Positions 36,465 to 46,150 of a DNA stretch of 64,000 bases are shown in pieces (position 1 is the first letter of the stretch; each line of letters starts with the position of its first letter). The stretch is taken from assembly GCA_964610335.1 (NCBI GenBank), contig CAZSVP010000003.1, positions 13,531-77,530 on the forward strand. Reading direction: 5' to 3'. The stretch is from an uncultured Candidatus Saccharibacteria bacterium (GTDB lineage: Bacteria > Patescibacteriota > Saccharimonadia > CAILAD01 > BJGX01). The position numbers and the translations under genes are program-made. The notes beneath the pieces were generated by a model that had not been told where the DNA came from, searched no databases, and saw nothing but the letters and a program-made list of their open reading frames with translations.

Positions 36465-37637
36465 ATGAATCTACTCGATCTAGTGCTGATAGTAGTAATA
36501 ATCGCCGTGGTGGTGCGCTGGGTACGCATAGGCCTAGTCCAGGGCTTGTTTTCGCTCGGTGGAGTACTACTTGGTCTGCTCATCGGCGTACTAGTAGCGC
36601 CATTTGCCATGAAGCTATTTGACGATGCTACCATGCGCTTTTTGGTGGCGCTGGCTGTGATAGTACTCATAGCCGGGGTAATTGATAGTTACTGTGAGGT
36701 GATGGGTCACAAGCTCAGTACTAAGATCGAGAAACCAGCTGCAATCAAGCTCAACTCCATACTAGGTGGCGCCTTTGCGGTATTTGCTGTACTGGTATCG
36801 ATATGGTTGGCAGCAGCCATGCTGGCTGGTAGCCCTTCGAAGGCACTCAACAACCAGATTCAAAACTCGGCCATTGTCCAGGCACTCAATCGCAATCTAC
36901 CAGCCGCACCACCAGTAGTAGCGCGTCTAAATGGGCTTATTCAGCCGCTCGACTTTCCACAGGTATTTGTTGGTCCGCCGCCCAAACTATCTGAGCCAGT
37001 TGCTCCGGCTGGCTCGGCGACTGTCCAAGCGGCCGTACGTGCTGCCGGCCGCTCGACGGTTCGGATCGAAGCGCTGGGTTGCGGTGGCGTACAAGCAGGC
37101 TCTGGTTGGGTAGCACGCGAGGGTATGGTTCTGACCAACGCTCACGTCGTGTCCGGTACTCGTAGCACACAAATAGTCGACACCGCCGGCCGGCACGACG
37201 CCACTGTAGTGTACTTCGATCCTGACTTAGATGTAGCCGTACTACGCACCGATGGTGACTTAGCCGGGCAACCCCTGTCAGTAGCTGGTCAACTAGTAAG
37301 CCGGGGCAGTGAGGCAGTGATACTTGGATTTCCTGGTGGTGGTGAGTTTCATGCCGAGGCCGCTGCCATAGCTCGCCAGATCGATGCCAAGGGACTCAAT
37401 ATCTACGGCACGCGTACCATTACGCGCAGTATCTATGAGCTTCAAGGCCGCGTGGTGCAGGGCGACAGTGGTGGCCCGGTAGTGCAAGCCGATGGCATGG
37501 TAGTGGGCATGACCTTTGCCGCCGCCGAGGATAGCCCGGACATTGGCTACGCCCTCACTTCGCCACAGCTTATCCATATTATCAACGCCACTGCTGGCTA
37601 CACGCGAGCGGTCAGTACGCAAGCCTGTAGTAGATAG
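36465..37637 (+). CDS. MarP-family membrane serine protease (CvpA + trypsin-like domains)
   Basis: MNLLDLV plus 4 TM segments; GSGWV, LTNAHVV, DLDVAVL, GDSGGP. Confidence 0.9.
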   Translation: MNLLDLVLIVVIIAVVVRWVRIGLVQGLFSLGGVLLGLLIGVLVAPFAMKLFDDATMRFLVALAVIVLIAGVIDSYCEVMGHKLSTKIEKPAAIKLNSILGGAFAVFAVLVSIWLAAAMLAGSPSKALNNQIQNSAIVQALNRNLPAAPPVVARLNGLIQPLDFPQVFVGPPPKLSEPVAPAGSATVQAAVRAAGRSTVRIEALGCGGVQAGSGWVAREGMVLTNAHVVSGTRSTQIVDTAGRHDATVVYFDPDLDVAVLRTDGDLAGQPLSVAGQLVSRGSEAVILGFPGGGEFHAEAAAIARQIDAKGLNIYGTRTITRSIYELQGRVVQGDSGGPVVQADGMVVGMTFAAAEDSPDIGYALTSPQLIHIINATAGYTRAVSTQACSR

Positions 37638-37652
37638 GTATTAAAACGAATT

Positions 37653-37679
37653 CGAGACCCTAGAATATCTAGAGTCTCA
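37653..37679. terminator. Hairpin between convergent genes
   Basis: GAGACCCTAGA-ATA-TCTAGAGTCTC. Confidence 0.5.
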
Positions 37680-37761
37680 TGGGCTGACGAGTCCTATTGC
37701 AGCTCGTCACACCCGCCTCTCAGCTGTTGCTCAACGGTGTGAGCATGGATTTGACCTCCTT

Positions 37762-38043
37762 TTAGCCGGTCAGCGTACTGTCACTAGCTGCCAGCAAGCA
37801 CATGATGGCGTCGGCCAGGCAGGAGAAGCCGAGTTCGAGCGTGGCGCTGAGCTCTGCTCCTGCATGATCGTAGGCCTCGTAGTGCACTTGGTAGCAGACG
37901 TGGCAGTAACTGGCGTGGATGTGGCCGACGTGGGTGCAGCCGTGCTCACTGAGCACTACTACGTCGCGTTGGCCGCCGACAACATTGCTGTGGTGGGCGT
38001 AGATGTCGACTTCGGATGTGATAGTGATAGTCTCGTATAGACT
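37762..38043 (-). CDS. His/Cys-rich hypothetical protein, start codon unclear
   Basis: Strong GC3 bias in frame; AAGGAGGT SD near 38044-38051 is not followed by a canonical start. Confidence 0.5.
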   Translation of the reverse strand, partial: SLYETITITSEVDIYAHHSNVVGGQRDVVVLSEHGCTHVGHIHASYCHVCYQVHYEAYDHAGAELSATLELGFSCLADAIMCLLAASDSTLTG

Positions 38044-38114
38044 ACCTCCTTGTGTGGTGGGTACATTGACAAACATCAGTATACTCCCGAGCGCTCCAAA
38101 AATCGAGTCCAGGG

Positions 38115-38447
38115 CTAATACCGCTCAGCGGCGGCCTGCAAGTAACGCACCAGAGCTTGGTTGTCTACGAAGTTTTGGCCCACCGCATGGCCGACACTCA
38201 GATCGGGTAGCAAACAAACCTGCAGCAGCTCAGTGGGGTAGGCGTAGGCTCGACCGACCTCGTCGCCTCCGTGATAGACGGCGAAGAGGTAGCTGTGGCC
38301 GAGCTTGTTGCGAATGCCCACAAACCACTCATTGGGTTTGTCGAACACCCCGAGGTTGAAGGTGTGGCAGCGCAGCCGATACAAGCCACCATGCACACAA
38401 TCCGACAAGGCAATATATTCAGGTACTTGGTGCGGCACCGCACTCAC
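38115..38447 (-). CDS. Hypothetical protein
   Basis: AAGGGAG upstream and GTG start; 110 aa with globular composition. Confidence 0.6.
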   Translation of the reverse strand: MSAVPHQVPEYIALSDCVHGGLYRLRCHTFNLGVFDKPNEWFVGIRNKLGHSYLFAVYHGGDEVGRAYAYPTELLQVCLLPDLSVGHAVGQNFVDNQALVRYLQAAAERY

Positions 38448-38568
38448 CTCCCTTGGGGTCCGAGTGATGCAGGGTATTATACTCTCAGCTTAGCTGTACT
38501 ACCACTAGGTTTGATACCAGCCCATCATTACCTTACAATTAGTAAGTAATAATTTAGGAGATATACCC

Positions 38569-38966
38569 ATGCGACCAGTTCACTTTGAAATCCACGCCGC
38601 CGACCAGCAGCGTTGTGCCAAGTTCTATGAAGCAGTATTTGGCTGGAAGGTTACCAAGATGCAAATGCCCGACTTCGAATACTGGCTAGTTACTACCGGC
38701 CCAGAGGGACACCTGGCATCGATGGTGGCATAGTTAAGCGCATGGGCGACAATCCTGACCCGAAAGATCCCACTCCGGTGACCGGCTATGTCTGCACTAC
38801 CGAGGTAGAAGATATCGATGCAGTTATCCAGAAGATCGATGCAGCAGGCGGCACGGAGGCGTTGCCGAAGGGCAAGGTAGATGGTGTCGGCATACTGGCC
38901 TATTACAAAGATACTGAGAGCAATATATTTGGCATCCTCCAGCCTGAGACTCCGGCAAAGAAGTAG
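38569..38966 (+). pseudogene. VOC/glyoxalase-family protein split by a 1-nt frameshift
   Basis: MRPVHFEIHA..FYEAVFGW..TGPEG, then the shifted frame reads TPGIDGGIVKR..YYKDTESNIFGILQ. One base is missing at GAGGG (~38704-38708). Confidence 0.85.
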
Positions 38967-39004
38967 TTCTAGCCACAACCTGACAAAGAGGGTAGAATTA
39001 AGGA

Positions 39005-41521
39005 ATGCTAACATCCGAAACCAAGAAACATATCGATGCTGCCCGCCAGGTTTTGGTTGGGAAAGTGCCGGACCCAAAACAACAGATAGATCAGATTACG
39101 AATGCGCTGATTTATAAGTTCATGGATGACATGGATATTAAAGCTAAAGATGCCGGCGGTAAAGCGTCGTTCTTTACGGGTGATTTAGAGCAATATGCAT
39201 GGACAAAGCTAATGGATCCACGCAAGGGTGCTCAGGAACGGCTCAATATGTACACTGAGGCGTTAGAAAAGTTTAGCACTGCCAATCAACTGCCGCAATT
39301 ATTCCGCGATATCTTTCGCCAGGCCTTTTTGCCATATCGCGACCCAGAAACCCTCAACTTGTTTCTAAAAGAAATTGAATATTTTGACTACAACCATTCT
39401 GAAGAGCTTGGTAATGGGTTTGAATACTTGCTAAGTATTATGGGCTCGCAGGGCGATGCCGGACAGTTCCGCACTCCACGACACATTATTGATTTTATTG
39501 TAGATATTATCGACCCAGACAAAGACGATACCATTCTGGACCCAGCTTGCGGTACGGCTGGATTCCTTATTAGTGCCTACAAACACGTAGTAGGAAAGCA
39601 CGATGGGGTGGACGAAGATGGCAAAAAGAACGAAGAAGTACCGTTAACACACCAAGAAAAACAAAAGCTCATGGGCAACCTAGAGGGTTACGACATCAGT
39701 AGTGATATGGTGAAGCTTGCCAGGGTAAATATGTACTTACATGGCTACAATCAACCCAAGATTTTTGAGTACGATAGCCTAACTAGTGAAGAGCGCTGGA
39801 GCGATAGTTTTGACGTAATCTTAGCCAACCCGCCATTTATGAGTCCAAGGGGTGGTATTCGCCCACATAATAAATTTGGCGTGGAATCTTCTCGTGCCGA
39901 AGTGTTGTTTGTTGACTACATTATGAGCCACCTCAAGCAGAATGGTCGCGCTGGTATTATTGTGCCAGAGGGCATCATTTTCCAAAGCGGCAAAGCGTAC
40001 AAACAACTCCGCAAAGCTTTGGTTGAAGATGGGCTATTGGCAGTTATTTCTTTGCCGGCTGGAGTATTTAACCCATATTCTGGTGTGAAAACCAGTGTCT
40101 TGGTCTTTGACAACAATAGCGCCAGGAAATCGAGCAGTATTCTATTTGCCAAAGTTGAGAACGACGGATTCGATTTGGGAGCACAGCGTAGGCCAATTGC
40201 CAAGAATGATTTGCCAGCACTTGCCATGCTGCTTAGAAAGTATAGAGAAAAACCCAATGCAGATATTAACTCGTTAAAGGATGAGCTTGTTAAATCCAAA
40301 GATTTTTTTACTATTGGTAAAAGCACAATAGGTGGGCAAGATGCAATCGGCTCTCCAGAAGATTTTAGGCACTTAGAAGTCGCAACAGTTAGTAGGACCG
40401 AACTCGCAAAAACAGGTGAATATAACCTGAGCGCTTCGCGCTATGTTGTTGCGGAAGTAAGTCAAAACCAAAAATGGCCGATGATTGCTATAGACGAAGT
40501 AGCTGAAGTTAAGCGTGGAACGTCAATTACAAGTCGAGATTTGCTGGAGGGTAATGTACCGGTCGTAGCAGGCGGCCAAAAACCGGCGTATTACCATAGT
40601 CAGGCAAATAGAGAGGCGCCGGTTATTACTGTTAGCGGTTCTGGTGCTTACGCAGGCTTTATTAACTACTTTACAGAGCCAATATTTGTTTCGGATTCTT
40701 CCTCTGTCAAGTCAAGTAATGAAAATACGGTATTAACACGCTACCTCTATTGGGTACTTAAAGGTAACCAGGAAAAAATTTACGCTTTGCGAAGCGGAAT
40801 GGCGCAACCACATGTCTATGCTAAAGATTTGGCTAAATTCCAAATTCCATTGCCGCCGATTGAGGTGCAGAAAGAAATTATTGCTGAATTAGATGGCTAC
40901 CAAAAAATCATCGATGGAGCCCGCCAAATCATTGAAATCTACAAGCCCACGATAAAAACTGATCCTGCTTGGGATGTTGTAAAACTTGGTGATATTGGTC
41001 CAGTTAGGATGTGTAAAAGAATATTGAAACACCAGACTACCAATAATAATACCGATATACCGTTCTTTAAGATTGGTACATTTGGCAAAAAGCCTGATGC
41101 ATATATTCCACAGAATGTTTACCAAGAATATAAATCAAAATACCCATTTCCCAATAAGGGCGACGTTTTGATAAGTGCATCTGGTACTATCGGAAAGACT
41201 GTTGTTTATGACGGTAAACCAGCTTATTTTCAGGATAGCAATATCGTCTGGATTGAAAACAACGAAAAACGAGTTACCAATTCCTACTTAAATGTAGTAC
41301 TGCAAAGCATAAAATGGAATGCTCAAATAGGAGGGACTATAGCACGACTATATAACGATATTATTATGAATACTGAGGTAGTCTTGCCACCCATTGGAGT
41401 ACAGCAACAGCTTACTAAGGAGTACGATGAAGAAGCTAGAATAATTGACGCGAATAAAAGACTGCTTAAGATTTATGAGCAAAAAATACAGGACAAAATC
41501 GCCGAGGTTTGGGGAAATTAA
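39005..41521 (+). CDS. hsdM: Type I R-M fused methyltransferase-specificity subunit (HsdM-HsdS)
   Basis: GQFRTPRHI, DPACGTAGFL, ANPPF, followed by two TRD units (IPLPPIEVQKEI, VLPPIGVQQQL). Confidence 0.93.
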   Translation: MLTSETKKHIDAARQVLVGKVPDPKQQIDQITNALIYKFMDDMDIKAKDAGGKASFFTGDLEQYAWTKLMDPRKGAQERLNMYTEALEKFSTANQLPQLFRDIFRQAFLPYRDPETLNLFLKEIEYFDYNHSEELGNGFEYLLSIMGSQGDAGQFRTPRHIIDFIVDIIDPDKDDTILDPACGTAGFLISAYKHVVGKHDGVDEDGKKNEEVPLTHQEKQKLMGNLEGYDISSDMVKLARVNMYLHGYNQPKIFEYDSLTSEERWSDSFDVILANPPFMSPRGGIRPHNKFGVESSRAEVLFVDYIMSHLKQNGRAGIIVPEGIIFQSGKAYKQLRKALVEDGLLAVISLPAGVFNPYSGVKTSVLVFDNNSARKSSSILFAKVENDGFDLGAQRRPIAKNDLPALAMLLRKYREKPNADINSLKDELVKSKDFFTIGKSTIGGQDAIGSPEDFRHLEVATVSRTELAKTGEYNLSASRYVVAEVSQNQKWPMIAIDEVAEVKRGTSITSRDLLEGNVPVVAGGQKPAYYHSQANREAPVITVSGSGAYAGFINYFTEPIFVSDSSSVKSSNENTVLTRYLYWVLKGNQEKIYALRSGMAQPHVYAKDLAKFQIPLPPIEVQKEIIAELDGYQKIIDGARQIIEIYKPTIKTDPAWDVVKLGDIGPVRMCKRILKHQTTNNNTDIPFFKIGTFGKKPDAYIPQNVYQEYKSKYPFPNKGDVLISASGTIGKTVVYDGKPAYFQDSNIVWIENNEKRVTNSYLNVVLQSIKWNAQIGGTIARLYNDIIMNTEVVLPPIGVQQQLTKEYDEEARIIDANKRLLKIYEQKIQDKIAEVWGN

Positions 41522-41555
41522 GCGTTTACACAATTAACGATTGGGGTTTAACGTA

Positions 41556-42980
41556 CTATTTATCCCCTTGAGGTGCTTTTCTGGAGTTCTCAACAATCGA
41601 GCCAGTCATATTTATTAGTTCTTTTGGAGACATAAAATCAAACATTATCCTCTGCCAGGTACCACCAAATATTGCACAACTCATAACTTTACCATCAATT
41701 TTTGCTGTGATAACAGGAACCTTATTATTACCGAATAACTCACGTAAGAGCGGGTCGGCATATTTTTGCTCGTAAGAGCTCATATTTCTAGTTTCAAAAT
41801 CAAAGCCGTTTATTTTCATCAAGTGCTTGAGGGCAGGTATGTGTAAATATACTAGCAAAAACTCCTCTCCTGCCATTAACTTGCTTTGTCTTTGCATGCC
41901 TAAAGTTTCAGAAAACAACAAACTTCTAGGTTTGATTGTTTGGATGCCCATCATATGTTGTAGCGCAAAGACGGGTAGCTTTTGTGCTTGTTCCGCTATC
42001 AAACCTAAATCATAACGCTCGTTAATTCTAAACCTAAAGAACCGCTCGTCTATACTTGTTAATGGCTTACTGCCGTATGCAAAGAAAATACAATAGTCTA
42101 CCAACCCAGTAGCGTATTTAGCACCGTTAGTTTCCATATCTTTTATTACACTTCTGACGGCTACAGACCAGCTCTTTTCATCACGCTTCTCTTCTAGTAT
42201 TGTTATATTTTCGTCCGTTTTGATATTGGTACGTACTTTACTACCCCAGCCACGATACTTGAGCGCGGTACTAGCTCTTTGATGTTGACGTAAAGTTCTG
42301 GTTACTTGTTTGGAGGTTTCAATAGGATTTTTAGACCTGGTTAGCAAGGCCTCGGCCTTTGTTTTGAACTCCTCTATATCTTTACTCGAAAAGGTTTCAA
42401 GTATTTTGAAGTTTACTTCGCCGGTCTTTACCTCTATTAGTTGATTTACCCCAGTTTTGGTATTTAAGCAATAAAAGTCGCATATTTGAAAGAAACTCGT
42501 TAAATCTGTCGCAAATGCGAATTGATTAGGGTCTTTATTAAAGTGGTCGAGTGATTTTTGTATACTCCGCCAGTTTTGCACCTCTAAAGGGCTATGCTTT
42601 TTAGGCTCTAGAAATACGTTCCTAATCGCACTAATATCGTGTTTTAGCATTATCCAAGCAATGCAGTCAGCATAATCTCTCAGAAGGGCAAAAATGTAGT
42701 GTTCATTATATGGCTTTTCAAACTCTAAGTTTTTGGATTTTAGGGCTTTCTCTAGTTTTAAGCGTTCCTTAATAATAATCTTCTGGGCTTCTTTGTATGA
42801 CCAATTTACGAAAGTACTAAACTCTATCCGCTTTTCTTTGGTGGCAAAAATAGAGTGAGTGATTTTAGGGCTTAACTCCTTAATACCATTTACTTGTGCA
42901 TACTTTTCGAAACCGGCACTAAAGCAGTATTTGTTAAGATCGCGAATGATTTTATGGACGTACTTTTTGGATACCAGCAT
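41556..42980 (-). CDS. Hypothetical protein with a PD-(D/E)XK-like motif
   Basis: 474 aa, AT-rich, begins 10 nt after the hsdR stop; CD...LIEVK motif. Confidence 0.75.
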   Translation of the reverse strand: MLVSKKYVHKIIRDLNKYCFSAGFEKYAQVNGIKELSPKITHSIFATKEKRIEFSTFVNWSYKEAQKIIIKERLKLEKALKSKNLEFEKPYNEHYIFALLRDYADCIAWIMLKHDISAIRNVFLEPKKHSPLEVQNWRSIQKSLDHFNKDPNQFAFATDLTSFFQICDFYCLNTKTGVNQLIEVKTGEVNFKILETFSSKDIEEFKTKAEALLTRSKNPIETSKQVTRTLRQHQRASTALKYRGWGSKVRTNIKTDENITILEEKRDEKSWSVAVRSVIKDMETNGAKYATGLVDYCIFFAYGSKPLTSIDERFFRFRINERYDLGLIAEQAQKLPVFALQHMMGIQTIKPRSLLFSETLGMQRQSKLMAGEEFLLVYLHIPALKHLMKINGFDFETRNMSSYEQKYADPLLRELFGNNKVPVITAKIDGKVMSCAIFGGTWQRIMFDFMSPKELINMTGSIVENSRKAPQGDK

Positions 42981-42990
42981 TCAAGGCTCG

Positions 42991-45468
42991 TTAATCCACA
43001 ACTTTTTCTAGCACATAGTCGCGGGCGTATTCAGGTATGCGTTTGCGGAGGGATTCGGGCAAATTAGTCCATTCGTCCATTTTGAGCCCTGTAAAGTTTA
43101 ACTCGGCAAAGCGTCCACTATCGATTAGTTCACGTACGTGTGGATCGGTTGCATACGCCGTAAATACATCGCGAGCAGAGCTGTACTGTCCAGGCTCTAC
43201 ACCTTCGTTCTGTACAAACTCTTCAAATTCATCGAGCACAACTTCGTCTTTGCTTTGGAAATTGTCTCTATCGCCAAAAGCAAATTCTAATATTTCTTTA
43301 ATATTTGGGCGCCGATCTAACTTAAAGGCTTTTTTGAACTGGTTGCGGCTAATAAATAGGTTCGGCTTATCAAAGTGTTTTTCAACTACAGCTTTTTCGG
43401 CGCCATATACGTCTCCAGATCTGTAAAGCTCGGCGACTTCTGTATCTGCAGCAATTGCTTGCTTGGCTTTTTCGCCCCAAACTTCTCGGTCTACCCGCAT
43501 ACCTTCAACACTAATTTGCTCTTCTTTGATCGTTTTGAGGTAATCTGCCCGGGCGGCATCGAGTTCCTCTGTAATATAGCGCTTCGTGCCCTCTGGGTCT
43601 TCGGTATTTTTGGTGCCAACTGTTGGGGGTAGCTTGAGTTGTTCGTCATAATTAAACTTTTCTTCAAAGTATTCACATACAGCAAAGAAATCAAAAAGCT
43701 TATAAGCAGTTTTGTCGATAGTAATAACTTCGTTTTGCTGGTCTTCGTAATTAAATTTGGCACGCCTAGTACCGCGGCCTTTCATCTGGATAAAATCAGC
43801 TGGGCTAAAAACTGGGCGCATGAAGGCTACATTTAGTAGGTCCGGGCAATCGTAACCAGTGGTCATCATACCAACCGTTACACAAACACGGGTACGGCTA
43901 GATTTGTAGGCATCTAAAAATCGAGTAGTGCCATTGAGGTTATTATTGGTAAAATTTGTGGTCATGTTTTGGCTGGCTTCGACATTGCTAGTAACTTGTA
44001 CGGCAAAGTCAGAGCTATATTTGCCGGGCCACTTCTTATCTGCGATTTGGTTTAATAGTTGAGTGATTTTGCTAGCGTGAGTTTGGCTTACGCAAAATAC
44101 CAAGCTTTTGCCTACTTCTTCGCTAATAGGGTCGCGCAGGGTGTTGTCTATAAAAGCTTCGCAGAAAGCCACGTTGGTATTTTCATTAAAGAATTTACGC
44201 TCAAAATGTCGGCTAAAGTATACCTGCATTTCTTCGTTACCTTCTTCGTCTTTGCGGTTAACTTCGTAGCCCTCTTCGCTTAAAAGCTGGGTAGTGATTT
44301 CTGTGCGGGCATCCACAACCGTTGGTTGGATAAGGTAACCTTCTTTGGCGCCACGTTTAAGATCGTAGCGGTAGGTGGGCTCGCCACTGTCGCAACCAAA
44401 CGTTTTGTAAGTGTCGAGTAGCTGGCGCCGCTCTTGGTCTTTTTGAGTTTCTTTATTATCTTCGGTGTTTTTAAGATAGTCTTTGGGCGTTGCAGTTAGC
44501 CCAAGTTTGTAACCTATAAAGTATTCAAATACACTACGCGAGTTACCGCCAATAGAGCGATGGGCTTCATCCGATATTACTAAGTCGAAATCTGTTGGAT
44601 CAAACTCCCTTTTGTAGCGATCACCAGCCATAAGGGTTTGAACTGTAGAAACAACAATGCTGGCTTTGCGCCAATCGTCTTTGTTTTCTTTGTAAATACA
44701 AGAAATAAAATCGTTTTTAATATCCTTAAAGCCTTTAAGTGCTTGGTTTTCTAATTCAATTCTGTCTACCAAGAACAGTACGCGGCTGGCATTGCCAGTG
44801 TGGAGAAAAAGTTTGGCAATAGCTACGGTTGTTAGAGTTTTGCCAGTACCAGTAGCCATCTCGAGCAGATATCGCTCTTTGCCGTTTTTTGCAGCCTCTT
44901 GAATTGCATGGATAGCCTCAAGTTGATAATTACGTAAAAACTTTAGTCCATGACGGTCGTTGAACGCCAGACGTTGATTGCCGTCTGCTAACCAATCTGG
45001 GTCTTCAGCGTAATTTGGCATTTGCGTTAGGGCAATATAGTCTTCACTAACTTTTTCAGCTGCCAGTACTTTGTGATCAGGTTTATAATTTTCTAAATCG
45101 AGCAGTGATTTTTGCGAAGGGTAGTCAGTAATGAGTTTCTCAGTGCCGTGCTCAGTGTCCCAAAAGTAGTGGATATTGCCGTTGCTTAAAATAATAAAAC
45201 GAGCTTTGTTATTGCGTGCATATTCACGTGCCTGTTCTTTGCCGTCAAGTGGGTTCTTACCTTCTCGCTTGGCTTCAAGTACAACTAGCGGAAAGCCTTT
45301 GTCATCCAGGAGAAGATAATCAATAAATCCATTTTTGGTATGCTCAAAATCCTCGCCGAGGTCATCGAGCTTAACACCAGCTTCAACTTTGATGCTTTTC
45401 TCAAACTCCCAGCCTGCTTCTTCTAGGAGTTTGTTAATTTTTATTCGAGCCGAGGCTTCTTTACTCAT
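42991..45468 (-). CDS. hsdR: Type I restriction endonuclease subunit R
   Basis: IDYLL..VLEAK, EMATGTGKT, DEAHRS, GLTATP, QMKGRGTR. Confidence 0.93.
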   Translation of the reverse strand: MSKEASARIKINKLLEEAGWEFEKSIKVEAGVKLDDLGEDFEHTKNGFIDYLLLDDKGFPLVVLEAKREGKNPLDGKEQAREYARNNKARFIILSNGNIHYFWDTEHGTEKLITDYPSQKSLLDLENYKPDHKVLAAEKVSEDYIALTQMPNYAEDPDWLADGNQRLAFNDRHGLKFLRNYQLEAIHAIQEAAKNGKERYLLEMATGTGKTLTTVAIAKLFLHTGNASRVLFLVDRIELENQALKGFKDIKNDFISCIYKENKDDWRKASIVVSTVQTLMAGDRYKREFDPTDFDLVISDEAHRSIGGNSRSVFEYFIGYKLGLTATPKDYLKNTEDNKETQKDQERRQLLDTYKTFGCDSGEPTYRYDLKRGAKEGYLIQPTVVDARTEITTQLLSEEGYEVNRKDEEGNEEMQVYFSRHFERKFFNENTNVAFCEAFIDNTLRDPISEEVGKSLVFCVSQTHASKITQLLNQIADKKWPGKYSSDFAVQVTSNVEASQNMTTNFTNNNLNGTTRFLDAYKSSRTRVCVTVGMMTTGYDCPDLLNVAFMRPVFSPADFIQMKGRGTRRAKFNYEDQQNEVITIDKTAYKLFDFFAVCEYFEEKFNYDEQLKLPPTVGTKNTEDPEGTKRYITEELDAARADYLKTIKEEQISVEGMRVDREVWGEKAKQAIAADTEVAELYRSGDVYGAEKAVVEKHFDKPNLFISRNQFKKAFKLDRRPNIKEILEFAFGDRDNFQSKDEVVLDEFEEFVQNEGVEPGQYSSARDVFTAYATDPHVRELIDSGRFAELNFTGLKMDEWTNLPESLRKRIPEYARDYVLEKVVD

Positions 45469-45519
45469 GTGTTATATAATACAGTAATGTTGAAAGAAGT
45501 TGAAAGTTACTGGTGACCA

Positions 45520-46050
45520 GTGCTAAAAAGTAAGTACAAACCACAATTAGATAGAGGTGAGGATGGAAAACCACTGCCCACCCTTCGAAACAGAGAAATA
45601 TTTGAAGAGTTAGAGAAAGAACTAGGTAGCAAAGAGGTACTCAAGCGATACGAGCGTGACTATTCGGATTATGCGCAGAAAGTTACGTTTGATCCGCGTA
45701 AGCCCAATGTATTCTTTCGCACCGAAGAGCAAGCCCAAGCAGCCAACAAATATATACATATGCTCAACGAAATGGATTTAGACTATATTGATAGTCGCAA
45801 GACTGCGAAAGATCCGTACTACAAAGCCAATAAGGAACGGCTTGCAAAAATGTCCGATAAGGAGTTTGTAGCTGAGTTCAACAAAGGTGTGAACAACAAG
45901 GAGTGGTCTAGCTCGCATGCAATTTACCTATCACTCATATACGATGAGCTAAACAAACGAAAGTATGACTACTCTGCTATCAGCGTCGATGGTGGTTTCA
46001 AATTTGATAAGAAGATCAAACTAGATGGCAAGAAAATCACAGTATTGTAA
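45520..46050 (+). CDS. Hypothetical protein at the edge of the R-M island
   Basis: 176-aa ORF, AT-rich, divergent from hsdR. Confidence 0.65.
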   Translation: MLKSKYKPQLDRGEDGKPLPTLRNREIFEELEKELGSKEVLKRYERDYSDYAQKVTFDPRKPNVFFRTEEQAQAANKYIHMLNEMDLDYIDSRKTAKDPYYKANKERLAKMSDKEFVAEFNKGVNNKEWSSSHAIYLSLIYDELNKRKYDYSAISVDGGFKFDKKIKLDGKKITVL

Positions 46051-46150
46051 AAAAACTTATGTTTGCCAATCTGTTGAATAGATTGTAGAATCTCTTCCAA
46101 GCGCAAAACGCGCTATTTGTTTTTGCCCATCGACAGTAAGGGAGGTAGCG

